25,145 nucleotides of DNA from a virus (Duplodnaviria; Caudoviricetes), in IMG/VR virus record IMGVR_UViG_3300021960_000471, positions 1-25,145 of that record; one strand, given 5' to 3'. The position numbers and the translations under genes were made by a program. The first letter of the stretch is position 1; every line of letters starts with the position of its first letter. This document shows positions 1 through 12,800 of the stretch, in pieces. The notes below the pieces were generated by a model. It did no database searches. It was not told the origin of the DNA and worked only from the letters and a program-made list of their open reading frames with translations.

Positions 1-2762
1 TTGGTCCAGTTATCTCTTTCAGCTTCAGTATCGAAATCGTCCGCCGGTCTATTATCAATTTTTTCAAGAGTATCTGATATGACTTTTTCTGCAATACGCA
101 AAGGACCTTCGGAAATATATGTATCGAGAGTTGTTGCAGTGTTTGTGTCTACTGGCGGGGGTCCATCAACAAGTGCTGCTGAGCCGGCTTCGTATGCTAA
201 TGTGTCAGGATCAATACCATAAACACTATAAAATATTTGCTCTACCTTCTGGTAAATGTCATTATATTTTCTTCTTGCGCAGCGCCACCACCCAATACCA
301 TATCCGTCCATATCTTTAGATTCAGTGTAACGATAGTCTCCACCAGCATCAGCACTAGTATCATATATAAGCTGGTGTATTCTTCTTTCTGAATCTGAAT
401 CGATTGAGTTTCTGTGTAGTGGGCTTATGCCTCCAACTTTTTCATAATAGTCGCTCATATATTTGTTAGCAAACTGAAAGCGGAGGACGGACTCGCCACC
501 AAGCTCTCCTACTAGGTCTCCTAAAGCAGTTGCAGCTAGCGAATCTTCAATAGTCTCTTCAAGAGTCGGAACTGGACCAGATGCGTCTTTAGGAACGAAA
601 AACTCAATTTGGTGCTCTTGCTGAGCTAAATAATATAAAGCACTCAATTGAAACATAGAAATTGGCGTCCAGAAATATTGATCAAACCAGCGCCATGTAC
701 GAGGCATTGTCGCTGCTGGATTATCTACATATTCTGTAACTGCCGGATCGGTATTCCAAGTAACAGTATAAGCAGGACCTCCATTTCTGGGAGAACTATC
801 CGGTCTTGATGCGTCTCTTGAGGGCACATACCCGAATTTGTTCAAGATATCTTCGTAATATTCATCTCCAGACTCGAAATCAGCAGTAGAAGCGGCTGTT
901 ATTTGGCGTTCATGGTTTTGCCACTCAGCAGTTGGTAAGGTGCCAACCATGTTAGCCCACCTAGCAATTTCATAGTTTCCCGGCGCGGTGTCATCCCAAT
1001 AGAATACTTCATCACCAGTAATACCGTAATCATCCCGATCGGGCGCCCAGTTCCACTCTGATGGAGACGGCTCTGTATCAATAGAAGGACTGGTCAAGTT
1101 AACAACATAATAGTGGGCGCCGGAATGTCCGTCTGCATTTTGGTACGCCGGATGAGCACTACCTTTGATAAATCTTCCTGCCCAAACATTAAAACACCAG
1201 TCAGCCATATCCCTAACTGCTGCATCAATCTTTTCTTTTACTGGTGACGTTGCTGCAGCAGCAGCAGCAGCCGGTGTAGCAGATGGGACGCCGGCTGTGA
1301 CACCAGTGTATGTTACGCCTGAAAATGTTGTGGCTCCGCTAGCAGCAGCACCGGGTGTTGTGAATGGAATCATGATACTTTCTAGTTCTTTTCTAATTGA
1401 AAGCGCATCTTCTCTAAATTCGCTAACCATCTCTGCTGGTGTTGCGGGCAATTCTGCTTTACCGGGGTAGTCCGCGGGGGCAGTAATCATCGGCACATAG
1501 TTGGCAATGTTTGTATTAAAAATATTTTGATATAAGAAGTCTTTGTCTTGTAAGCCAGTCACGTAAGAATATGCTGTAAACTCGGGCAATGTGGTGTCCC
1601 TTGAATCTACAATCTTGTAATTGCGGAAGATTCTTTTTACAACCTCTTCTTGTTGTCTCAATATTGCATCTGCATTGTTTATTAAGTCTCTAAACCTTTG
1701 GTTAAAGGCAATGGCTTGTGACTCTGTGCTGGTCACAGAAAACCCTTGTGCTGCCTTGTTGAGTTGTTGTAAAAACTCTACATCGTTTTCATGCACTGCA
1801 AGAACCAGTTTTACTTGGTCTGTTACTCTTTGTAATTCTTCATCCAAAAGAGATCTTGCTTCATATTCAGCCAAAAGGGCATTTACTGAATCGAATACTT
1901 CTTTGGAACCATACTCTTCGGTCTTGTAATATTTCTTATTTATTGATGCCAATGGATAGTTCGGATAGTGAAGCCCTTGAGCGTCAACAAACACAGGCTC
2001 ACTAAAAGTTGCTAAGGTACTGTTTCTAACGATCTGCTCATAAGTCACATCGCTGTAATTCATTGAGACCGTTATTGGATCCAACGAAAAAGATGTTGGC
2101 GTCTCTATCTCATATGGGTGTCTCGTGCTGGCGCAACAAAATACGTTGATATTTTCTCTGCTAGTGAAGTTTCTTACATAAGTTGTAATTTTTATATTAG
2201 TTACTCTGATGACTGCATTATCATCGGCATCGACATCAGAAGTCAATTCTGCTACACTGTGGAAGTCAGATAAAGGAACTGAAACTAAACTAAGCGAGTC
2301 AGTTTTTCCGATAGCCAAAAGCCCTATTCCTGCTTCGGTATAGTTGACAGTACCACGAGGATAAGAAAGGATCGTTTCACGTAAAAGACCAGAATTGTTA
2401 TCAAATTCTTTTATAATGTTAGTCTTGAAAACCTTTTGATTGTCCCCCAGTGCGCTATAAGATAAATATAAAGTGATATATAGAGACTCTTCGGCACCAG
2501 CATCAAATAAGTTTTTCTCAAATTCTTCTACTTTGAAATCTTCATCTGTTGAAAAATGAAATGAAATGTCTGTATCAATTCTAGTGATAGTTTCTATGGC
2601 TGCATCGCTAACTTCGGTGCCCGTTGCCTCGCTAGCTATTCTCAGAGTATCGTATATTTCGTCATCACTCTGAACATTTGATAATGTTATCTTCTCAATT
2701 GTCGGGGTTGGAAGGTTTCTGCCGTAATATTCTACGGATTGTTGTTTTGTTAGTCTAGGCAT
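1..2762 (-). CDS. Hypothetical large (probably virion structural) protein, >=920 aa, 3'-truncated by the window edge; absent from the supplied ORF track
   Basis: ATG at 2762-2760, an in-frame TGA just upstream (2768-2766) and a GGAG SD at 2774-2771. It translates MPRLTKQQSVEYYGRNLPTPTIEKITLSNVQSDDEIYD... and the frame stays open to the edge (...DDFDTEAERDNWT). It overlaps the upstream gene by 13 nt. The track lists no terminated ORF in this frame, consistent with no stop. Confidence 0.9.
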   Translation of the reverse strand, partial: MPRLTKQQSVEYYGRNLPTPTIEKITLSNVQSDDEIYDTLRIASEATGTEVSDAAIETITRIDTDISFHFSTDEDFKVEEFEKNLFDAGAEESLYITLYLSYSALGDNQKVFKTNIIKEFDNNSGLLRETILSYPRGTVNYTEAGIGLLAIGKTDSLSLVSVPLSDFHSVAELTSDVDADDNAVIRVTNIKITTYVRNFTSRENINVFCCASTRHPYEIETPTSFSLDPITVSMNYSDVTYEQIVRNSTLATFSEPVFVDAQGLHYPNYPLASINKKYYKTEEYGSKEVFDSVNALLAEYEARSLLDEELQRVTDQVKLVLAVHENDVEFLQQLNKAAQGFSVTSTESQAIAFNQRFRDLINNADAILRQQEEVVKRIFRNYKIVDSRDTTLPEFTAYSYVTGLQDKDFLYQNIFNTNIANYVPMITAPADYPGKAELPATPAEMVSEFREDALSIRKELESIMIPFTTPGAAASGATTFSGVTYTGVTAGVPSATPAAAAAAATSPVKEKIDAAVRDMADWCFNVWAGRFIKGSAHPAYQNADGHSGAHYYVVNLTSPSIDTEPSPSEWNWAPDRDDYGITGDEVFYWDDTAPGNYEIARWANMVGTLPTAEWQNHERQITAASTADFESGDEYYEDILNKFGYVPSRDASRPDSSPRNGGPAYTVTWNTDPAVTEYVDNPAATMPRTWRWFDQYFWTPISMFQLSALYYLAQQEHQIEFFVPKDASGPVPTLEETIEDSLAATALGDLVGELGGESVLRFQFANKYMSDYYEKVGGISPLHRNSIDSDSERRIHQLIYDTSADAGGDYRYTESKDMDGYGIGWWRCARRKYNDIYQKVEQIFYSVYGIDPDTLAYEAGSAALVDGPPPVDTNTATTLDTYISEGPLRIAEKVISDTLEKIDNRPADDFDTEAERDNWT
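1251..1271 (-). repeat. Short trinucleotide run encoding Ala7, within an Ala/Thr/Gly/Pro-rich linker
   Basis: The plus strand reads tgctgcagcagcagcagcagc. The minus frame reads CCG (GCT)5 (GCA)2 ACG = PAAAAAAAT. Confidence 0.75.
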
Positions 2763-3835
2763 ATCTCAGGCTCCACTTGGCTTCCATAAATATCAAAGTA
2801 TACATCATCAGTTTCTCTACCTGTACAGTCTATGTCCAAGTCAATATAATACGACGTTTTGTTATAATTTTGTAGCTGTCTACAAACTATATCTCGGTCA
2901 GCCATTTTGTCGCTCTTAAAGTCAAAGTAATATTCGACTGCCGTTCTTGGCAACTCTCCGGAATACTTTTGCTCAGGATTCGCCCTAACCATCATCCCGT
3001 TTACTATTTGTTCATCAACCGTTTCAAAAAATTTCCTTTCTAACACTGGGGCAGTAGTTGCTGACGATGAGACTATGAAAACTTCTACATCATAGTTTTC
3101 GTTTAATAGCTCTGTGTTAACTTCGTCAACATATATTATTGGATCTTGTGCGGATAAATAGACGAAGTTTCCATCTTCAAAGTTTATTGTTGAACTGACC
3201 TCTGCTCTCGGGCTTCCATCATCAACTGGAATCTGGTCTGACTGTCTGGTGGGATATCTGCTGTCTCTGATTTCTTTTTTGTAATCGACCGCTATGTTTA
3301 TTTGCGGGATAGTTCCCGAAACGTTTGTTTGTACTTCAAAATGAGTTTGTGTGCTTGTTATCTCTCCATTTAGTACAATAACTTTCCAAGCTGGGGCTGC
3401 GTCCGTTTCCTTTGCTTCCAAGAGAGCATCACCAATAGCTGCTCCATATCTGAAAATGTCTTTGCGTGGCATATATCTGATAGGCGTGACATCAGATAAA
3501 AAGTAGTTTTCAGCTTTTGTGAATCGATATGTTGTGTCCGTTGCAGCATCAGTGATGAACACATCTTCTGGATCTGTTCGGACCAACTGCTGTTGGGTAC
3601 CATCAATATCTTCGAACAAGGTTAGTGTGCTTATGTACGGTGTTTCGTTTTTAATTCTTTCATTAATTGAGTTCTGTGACTCGCTTATATTATTGTATTG
3701 GTTGTCGTATACAACGTTGTCATCATAAAAAGCATAATACTCCGGCGCATACTGCCCGATGGACATCAGGTATTTGCCGTAACCAGTTAGCTGAAAATCT
3801 ATTACTGTTTGTTTCTTGTCGAGGATCTTGGTCAT
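2750..3835 (-). CDS. Hypothetical phage structural protein, 361 aa; N-terminus loosely resembles tail-collar/fibre attachment (DUF3751-like) motifs
   Basis: Long ATG..TAA ORF in operon context. The N-terminus reads VIDFQLTGYGKYLMSIGQYAPEYYAFYDDNVVYD. The CDS is solid; the family call is weak. Confidence 0.85.
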   Translation of the reverse strand: MTKILDKKQTVIDFQLTGYGKYLMSIGQYAPEYYAFYDDNVVYDNQYNNISESQNSINERIKNETPYISTLTLFEDIDGTQQQLVRTDPEDVFITDAATDTTYRFTKAENYFLSDVTPIRYMPRKDIFRYGAAIGDALLEAKETDAAPAWKVIVLNGEITSTQTHFEVQTNVSGTIPQINIAVDYKKEIRDSRYPTRQSDQIPVDDGSPRAEVSSTINFEDGNFVYLSAQDPIIYVDEVNTELLNENYDVEVFIVSSSATTAPVLERKFFETVDEQIVNGMMVRANPEQKYSGELPRTAVEYYFDFKSDKMADRDIVCRQLQNYNKTSYYIDLDIDCTGRETDDVYFDIYGSQVEPEICLD

Positions 3836-3857
3836 TTATAATAATTATGCCTTTCAA

Positions 3858-6800
3858 TTATTTTCTATATTTTGTAGATATGCGTTTAGATAGTTTGTTT
3901 TGCGCTTTTGGCTTCACGCCTTTTTGTGGAACATCATTTGTTGCTTGCTTTTCATTCAACTTGGTTGCCGTAATACCGGGCTGACGACGTTTCTTGTTAA
4001 GAATTTGGTTTTGGGCGCCGATGTTTCTCATTGAATCGGACTTCATCTTCTTAGCTGTTTCCCTATCGTATTTAACGTCTACATCAAAGTTAATTGTTTC
4101 GACAATGGAAATGTAGTCATATGGCCAGTTATACAGTAGAGGATAGCCGCTTGCATCGTTTTCAGCAAAACCGGGCTGGAAGGTGGACTCGTCGATTTGA
4201 CCAGTGATCATGTCTCGGTACAGCGTTTGTCCTCTTTGCTTGACCTTGAACACCATCCATCGCAAGTTCGGGTTAGATAACAGGTTTTGCTCCGTAAGCA
4301 ACTCTGTGTTCAGAAGCTCGTGCGCAACCATATCTTTCTCAAAGGTAGCCTTTTCATAGTTTCTTGGTGCAAGGTTTTGCCAGATGTAAGCAAGATCATT
4401 CTTGTCCAACTCATACTTGAACTCAAAGATATACATAGCGATCGGGTCAATGTCTTTGTTGTTCAAGAAGTCAAACTGCGGAGGAAGTACGTACCTTTCC
4501 ATCTGCTCCGCAAGACGGCGGATAGATGCTCCAGCAGTGTTGAGTGAATCGCCTTCAATGCTGCCTTCTTCTTCTTGGCGAGCGTTTTTCCATCTCTTCG
4601 TTGGAATGTTAATAAATCTCTTTCTAGTCTTGGCGTTCTCTGTTGTGGGTTGTGTTTCACCCTCCGTCAAACCTTCGACCAGATATGGAATAGCAACAAC
4701 TGCTTCTCGAATTGTTTGTTTATTGGCAACTTCACCAAGTCTTACGCTTGAGTTGTTCTCATCAAAGCCACAAAGTTTAGAGAATGACTTCATGTTCTTG
4801 TATAGTTCCGGATCTCCACTAGCAGCGTAATTGTTGTAAATTGATGACCCAGTCACAACTTCGTAATGGTTCTTAAGCCAGTTTGGTGGGATGTCTCCGA
4901 TCTCCATGAAGATACCCTCTTCTCGTGTTTTAGGAAGCCTACCAAACTGATGCCACATACCGCGTGGTACCGACTCGGAACCAAAGTTTTGCGGTATTGA
5001 AATTTCTGTTTCATCTGGTGTCCAGCCCGGAGGTGGATTTTCCGGTGGTGCGCTAGCTGAAGTGTAGTCAACGAAGTTCATCATTGGGGTTTCAAACTTA
5101 GGCTGAATAACCCATCTTTGGCTTGCTTGCTCATTGTCCTTTGATATTTGTAAACCGAACTTGTTGGTTTTTGCTTTTTGTTCGTATTCAATACCGAATA
5201 AGTTAAGACATGAGTCCAACTGCATCGCGTTGTCATTGATGTTTTCACTAGCGTATGGTGTGAAGTTTCTTCCGTAAGTTGGACCAAGAGCAGGCGCACC
5301 TGCTTCTGTGAACCGAATATCTTGATCTCTGTGGAGGGTTCTACGATAAAATCCATCGACCTTTTTGTGATCGACCATATCGGAGCCGGGATCATACCTT
5401 CTCTTAACAATTCTTGTTTCAGCCAAGATTCTTGTGAGATCGTATTCAACACTGGCAGATGGTCTGAAAATAAAGTCAACCCAAGCCTCTCCATAGTAGT
5501 ATGGAGGCGTGAACGACCAGTTGTAGCCGTTGAGAGAGTCTTTCACACCATATGCTGATGCTGATAAGTTGAAATGATCACCAGTTGTAGCGAGCGAAGG
5601 AGCGCCAGCCGAGGCACTCATCGGATTTAAATCTTGACGCCCAGAAACCGCTGGTCCAAACGCTGTAGGTCTGCTGTACATAACAAAGTTGTGTTTGAAT
5701 GATGGTTGCTTTTCTGGATCTTGAGGCAATTCATAAGAACCAGAAATACCGGTAATAGGTGACGCGGTGGGAATAGTGACTGCTGTAAAGTTTTTGAAGA
5801 ATGCTTGGGCGCCTAGAGTTGAGTAAAAATAGTTAGTTCCATCAGAACCCTGTTCGAACTCATAAGTCCTAGAACCTTCGTAAGATGTTCTCATTCTTAA
5901 ACGGGCGCCGTACACCTCTTCACCAGTGAATTTCTTTTTACCTAAATCAACTCCCGTAGAGCGAAGTTTGGTATAATCGCCACCTTGTAAGAAGAACTTT
6001 CCGACTTCTGCAAAGAAGTTTGAAGACATTCTATTATATGCTTCTGCTGCATTTTGAACCTGAAGAGATGCTGTTGCTGCAAATGGCAAACTCACTTGGG
6101 GATGGGGCTCTATATCTGGCAATTCTACGCCATTAAGATATTTAGCAGGATTCATTATCGCTTCAAAAGGAACCCTTAAATCCCAGAAAGCACCAGATAT
6201 GTATTTCGCACCACCTTCGTCTGCTTTAATGTTACCCGATATTGTCGCAGCAATCATATAGTTTTCTGGATAATCTCCTGATCCATCAGCGGCACCAGTT
6301 ACAAGTTGTTTATATACTTTATATCCATTAGTGACAACCGGATAATCGACTGCCATTCCAGACTTAATAGAGTTATACATAATACCGGGTGCAAAAAGCG
6401 GTTGCATGACCGGTCTTGCATAAGAGTATTGCATCAGGGCAGTGTTCGATATGGATGCTGCATCTGCTCCAGCAGATGAACTAAAATACGTAAACGTTAA
6501 ACTATCAGCGTATGATCTTGAGAACTGACTTACTAGATCTAATGTTCTTTGTGCTGGATAGAAACCCTTATATGGGTTGAATTTAATTGCAGCCTTGCAG
6601 GTGAGTCTGATTTCAGATGCTTTCAGCCCAGACATACCCTTAATGTCCAAGAAGTTTTGCATGAAGTCAGAGTTGGAGTAGTCTTTGTAGAACGTGTCTT
6701 GTGAACTGCTTAAGTTCGTTCCGGGGATCTCCAAGTAATCGAATATCTCGCCATCGATACCAACCTTACCATATTTCTCAATTTGTTCCGAAACTCTGAA

Positions 6801-9800
6801 CTCTGGTACGACTCCGTAGCCTTTTGCCATTGTCTTAATGTCGTAACGGAAGTCGTCATAGTCGTTATACCAAGGCTTAGACGAATCATAGACAAACCCG
6901 GCAATACCATTTGATGTTGTGAGGTATCCTGCTTGGGCAGGTGCTTGCCAAGCAGCTTCGCCAGAGCCCGTAGCAAACGAAGCAGTCACACCAGCAGCAA
7001 CAGGATCAGAAGGAAGCGCAAGGCGTGTGTTGTTTGCTTCCATACCTACTACTAAGTTATTTGTAGATGATGATATACCAACTGGGTTAAATGCCGACAG
7101 TGGGGAGTTAAGCATGTGCTTGCGAGAATATAAACCTGCGTTTCTTATTACTAGTGGAATTTGTCCAGCGTTGAAAAAGTATGTGACTCCGCTGCCGGGT
7201 TGAGGATCTGTAAAATGATAGAAACTATACGTATTTTGTAATTCACCAGCACTATTTGAATAAATTAAGCTCGAACCGGTATAGTATCTAGCATTCGTAA
7301 AAATAGGGTCCGTCGTATAAGCAACTTCTGGCGGGGCGGTTCTGGTTTCAAAATCGCTTGGAGCATCAAGAGGCCAGAGACTTTGAGTAATATAGCGCGT
7401 TACAGAATCCCAATCAGTGTACTCCTCAACTCCAACAGAGTTTGGCACACCCATTCCGCCTGTTACTCTGTTTTCGATGGTATCGCGCCAGAATGCGTTG
7501 TCGTATCCAACACGAGTCATAGAGGAGGAAATAAACTCTCTTCTAGCCGAGGGGAATAAGTTCTCTGAGTAAACAATCCAGTTTAAGTTGATGTTGTTTC
7601 TCGCCCTCATCGCAACAAGTTGTTCGAACGAAGTGACTTCGCTATCAAAGTTAATGTTAGTAAATGTGTTTAACTCTTGCTCATTGAAGCCGATCATCTC
7701 ATTGTTGTAAGTTGTTTGAAGTGTTACGTTTTCTACTTGCTCGCGGTAGCCGCCGACTGACGTAGAGAACGAGTTAGCGTAGTCCATATTAAGCAGGACC
7801 GGACGACCCTTTGTGGAAACTGGAGGCAAAGCGAAGTGCCTCAAAGCACTGCCTGTGTATATTGTCGAGAGTGTGTTATTTCTTCTCTCGTTAACTAAGA
7901 TTGGATGATCGCCTTGACGCATACGAACCCAGTTGGCGCCGGCATATTGGTTGCCGCGCTTAAACATAAGAGAGTTAAATAAGTCTTCGTCACCCGAATC
8001 ATTCCTAGCAGGAACAAAATCTGTATTTCTATATTGAGTTCCAAATGGGGCGGCACTTCTACGATCTGTCAAAGGAACAGATGCTGCATACCCTAAAGTA
8101 TTTGTCGAAGACGTTATAGGGTCGGTGACATGATAGTTGATACGATTTACGGATGGTAAAAATGTGGACTCTACATTATACGGAGGACCAAGTTCTGTTA
8201 TTTCTGCACTAAAAGTTCTTTGACCTAAAATGATATAACTTCCTGCTTCACTCGCACTAACAAAGTTGAGAGGTTCTATCATGGTTGAACCGCTTCTGAT
8301 TTCGAACCTTGCAGGAGTAAAACCACAACTCCACCACGATGCTGTCGATTCAAGCGAAGCAGTGATCCAAGCGTATTGTCTTGTGTCGCGAGGGATCTGG
8401 TGTTGGATGTTAAAGTTGTCGTAGAGTTGTTCAGTGTCGTAAGTCGTTGTCTCGGCGTAACCGACAACCGTTTGTGTGCAGCCGGGAAGAGGGAAACCAA
8501 GAGATGCATTAGTTGGTAGATCTAGTGACAGAGCGGCGCCTGTTATAGCCAAGGGAACAAAGACTTCACCATAATATCCGATAGCTCGGTTGCTGGTGCT
8601 GTAGACACCCGGATTGCTGCTATCCAAAAAGAATCTTCCAGCAGACTGATCAGTCTCAAATCTCAACCATTCCCAAATTGAATTAGGTAAGTTAGAAGCA
8701 GTGATAGCACCATCAATATCGCAAGGAATGCCTCCGTTGTATAGCGTATCTACATTATCAGCAGACAACTCACTAGTCCAGAAAGAGTATTCATCTACAG
8801 AGGCAGTGAGGGCTCGGAGGTTTCCTGCCCCTTGGCAGTCACCACCAAGAGTCATGAACTCGTTATCGACGCGCTTCTGCGAAGTGAAGCCACGAACATT
8901 CAAGGTTCCATTTGTTTGGTTGTAGTAACCTTGTGCTGTCGGATCGAAGCCTAACGTCGCGGAGGCTTGCAAAGTGCCGTCTATGTAAAGCTTTGCGGCG
9001 CTGATGTTTGCGGGGTTTGAGGTCCCCAAGTTTCCATCAGCAATTGCATCCCAAGTTAAAACATGATGATGCCAGCCATCTGTGAGATCTTCGTCAACTG
9101 CCCAGTACCAAGTGGTGTAGGAGTTGGTTCCTGTTTTTCCGTCTGCATTTCCGTTTGTTCGGATGTACAGTTCAATCTCATATTTGTTTGGCGTAGAACC
9201 AGCATAGTTCTTTCTTAAGCTAAACAGCGGTGCATTTCCTTGTCGCAAGCCAATTGCAAAGATTGTTTCTTCATCTTGACTGCCTTGCTCTCCGAATTTT
9301 ACCCAACCGGACCACGAGAAAGAAGTTCCGGAGCCAGTAATGGCTTGCAGCAGCGTTTCTGGCGTCGTAGAGGATAAAATACTTGCCGTATGCAATAGTG
9401 TCGAGTTTTTCGTTTCGTCTTGATACAACAAGCAGTCATCATTGTTAAGAGTCAAGCCTTCAAGAATTGGTGTAATAGTTGTGGACGCCTCACCTATTCT
9501 ACAAATATTGTTTCTATGTGTCTTGTGGAAACCGGGGAGTTCTTCATATGATGTGCCCGGAGCAGTCACAAAAAGCGAGTCGCGACCGAAGCGAGCAGTG
9601 TGGCGAGCATAATGTGAACGAAGCCCGTAGTCTTTGCCGTGGATGTCGTATACGCGAATACCGGTGGTACCACTGCCTGTCGCTTCTGAAATGCTCCCAG
9701 ACGGTCCCTGAGAGGGCTTAATGACTGTTAAATATCTGTTATTAATAGCGTTGTAAGGGGAGAATGTGTTAGAGCGGAAGTCTCTGTATCCTGTTCCATC

Positions 9801-12800
9801 TGTAAGTGCCCCACCAACGGTGCTAAAACGAGTAGCAATGATAGACTTGTTTGCTGTGCCTGTGAGGTAGTGAGTGTTATACTCGTCAACAAACTGATAG
9901 TGTCCCTCATCAGTTCTGTGTAAATCTAAGAATGTTCTTGTCTGCGTTGAACTTGTTGAGTTATTTTGGAATATTTGTGTTGGAAGTGCTGGCTGCGTTT
10001 CAATAAACTGTCTTGGGTTGGCGTATGTATCAAACGAGTGAATAACTTCATAGTTGTGCTCGTAGTTTCCAAGGATCGTTGAGCCAGTACGCATAAGAAT
10101 GTTACGAATGTTGACTGGGCGCTTTGCAACAAAGTCACGATAGTAAACTGCTTTGTGAGATGCAGTCATCGGATAAGGCGTTTCGCCAACTTCGTTTGCT
10201 TCTGGCCATGGATAGTCGGCACTGACTAAGCCGATCGCACCAGACAACCATACGTCGCCCGGACAAGGACCACGAAGACCCAAGAGGATCTTCCATGCTT
10301 CTGCTCTATTAGTGTAGTCGTCGGAGCCAGAGTTCAGGCTAACGTGGCGTGACTGATGACCACCAACGGCATATTCCGTGAATGGTCCTTGCATTGGCTT
10401 CTCAAGTTCGTCACCATATACATCGTTGTGTAAGTTTGTGATTGTGACACTCGACGAAAGGCGCTCAGAAATATAATCATCTGCTCCGCCCTTGATGGTG
10501 CCACTCATTATGTTGAACGGGAATGCAAAGTTGCTCTTTACGTTTGTATAGTTTGTGTAGTCGCCATCATAGTCTCTACCTTGAACAACACCAATTGTGC
10601 GGTGGCGCTTCTTACCAACGTTTCCTTCTTCGTCCCACTGTTCAATGTTTTCGATCGCTGTGAAGTCTTCTGTGAAGCCAAGCAGAACGTTTTCAGGAAT
10701 GAAAACACCATCGGTGGTGTTAACGGGACCAGCAGGGTATGTTGAGGCATATGCGAATGCGAAACTCTTGTTTGGTGGGAAGTTAACGCCGCCCTTAATA
10801 GTTCTGTTTAACTCAGCGTTTCTGAAGCTAACAGTGCCACCCAGTTGGGTTTGGAGCAGCCTTTCTCTTTCATATGTCGTACCGTCAATTTGAGAGAGTA
10901 TTACACGTGAACCAGAGAAAGCTGGTTTGCTGTGCATGATGTTTCTAAACTTTCTTCTTTGTGCATCGACATCAGCATCTCCTGATTCAATTTCAAATGA
11001 ACCTGTTCCGCGTCCACCGGGCTGGGCGCGCTTCTTCCAGTAGTTCTTGTGCAAGTTCGTTGGACGAGGAGATGCTTCGACACCACCAAACAAATCAGTT
11101 TGATAAGAAAGCAGGAATGCCCCAATACCACTGATGCTGGCATCAACAGTTGGCGCATTGAATTCAATTGTTGGAAACTGCGACTTATACTTTGGTCTTT
11201 CTAATACGTGGCTTTCTACAATATTATATGTATCGCCCACAAAGTTGGCTGATGCTGGTACAAGCTGTTCGATGATGTTAGCTACTGCGTCGTCAAACCA
11301 CTTATAGTATTCCGTGAATGCCTCAACAGTTCTCAGGTTATTGAACTTTTCAAAGTAAATGTTTCTTAATGTCTCAAGAGGCTTGTAGTCTTCTCTGTAA
11401 CGATGTACAGGATCGCCAATAATGTTATTGAAGTCAACAGCGCCTGCAAAGTAATCTAAGATTTCCTCAGAAATAGCAGCGTAGAGGCTCTTCTCGACTG
11501 TGTGGACATATGATGGTACCTCGTCAAACAAGCCATATAATTCATCATCAGCAGAAAGCACGTTGACCATATCGTCAGATGTCACAACTTCTGGATCAAT
11601 AAACTTGTATTCGTTTACCAACTCATTGTTAACTACATTATCACTGTCGGCTTTGAAACCATGACCCTTACCGGGATGTACATATCCAGATATCTTAGCG
11701 TTCCAGCCAAAGTTGTCTCTTACAAATGCAGAACCCGAACTGATATCTGTTGAGTAGAAGTTACCAGAACCATCGGAACCAGTAACGGTGCCGAAGTGCC
11801 AGTTAAGTGCGAGTGCGTTTAAGTTATAGACATCGTGCGTTGTGTTCTCGCTATCAAATGGTGATGTATTTTGGTAAGATCCTGAAATACCTGCATTTTC
11901 TCTATCCAGAGAATGCTGCTTAAGGCTCAGATCATCAATATATTGAGTCCAATATTTTAAGCCATTAAACTCAACGTCAGAAGGATGTACGTTAGCACCA
12001 GTTAAGTTTGTGTTTTGGGCTCCGATATACAAACGCTTGTTGGAGCGAATCATATTCTTACCAACTGTGGAGGATATCGAGGCACTAACAGCGAACGAGT
12101 TATTTATTGTTCCCAGCTTGTTGTTGTATCCTCTAAAGATAACCTCGTAACCATAGTCGTCAGAACCTGACACAAAGCCGGAGAACTTCTTGGTTGGACG
12201 CAGACCGACAGATAAGTTCCAGTTTTCTGAGTTGTATGTGGATAAGAATGTTTGTGACTCTAAAGCATCGAACGGATGAGGATCAAACGATGATGTTAAT
12301 ATAAAACGAACATTTCTAGAGTTCAAAGCATCTCTAACGGCATACACTTGGAAGTTTGCGATGTCTTGAGCACCTGTAAGCGATGTTGTCCCACCAGCAT
12401 ATCCAGTACCAGTCGAGCCCGTAAAGACCGTCTGCATACCGAATAAAGACGCTGTGAAGAAGTTTCTTTGATAAGAGTCTGCTATGTTAAAGAATCTGGG
12501 GAAGTAGATGCTAGACTCTACCGTGAAGCCGTATCTATCTTGTGAGCCTGTTGCCTCGTATACTGGCGAGGGCACACCAGCAATCTCTGGCTGACCAGTA
12601 CCACCAGATATGTATCCTTGAGATCCGGGGATAGCCGGATCGGCGTCTTGATACATCACTGCGTGGGCAGCCGATGCGGTATTAAAGTTCAGTCTCTTTC
12701 TTTTCTTTAATGTCTGTTTGACATTAGTGTTCAATTCGTAAGTTTGATTATCAGAGTAGGTTTTGAAGTAAACCAAGTTATCATCAATGTTAAAACATCT

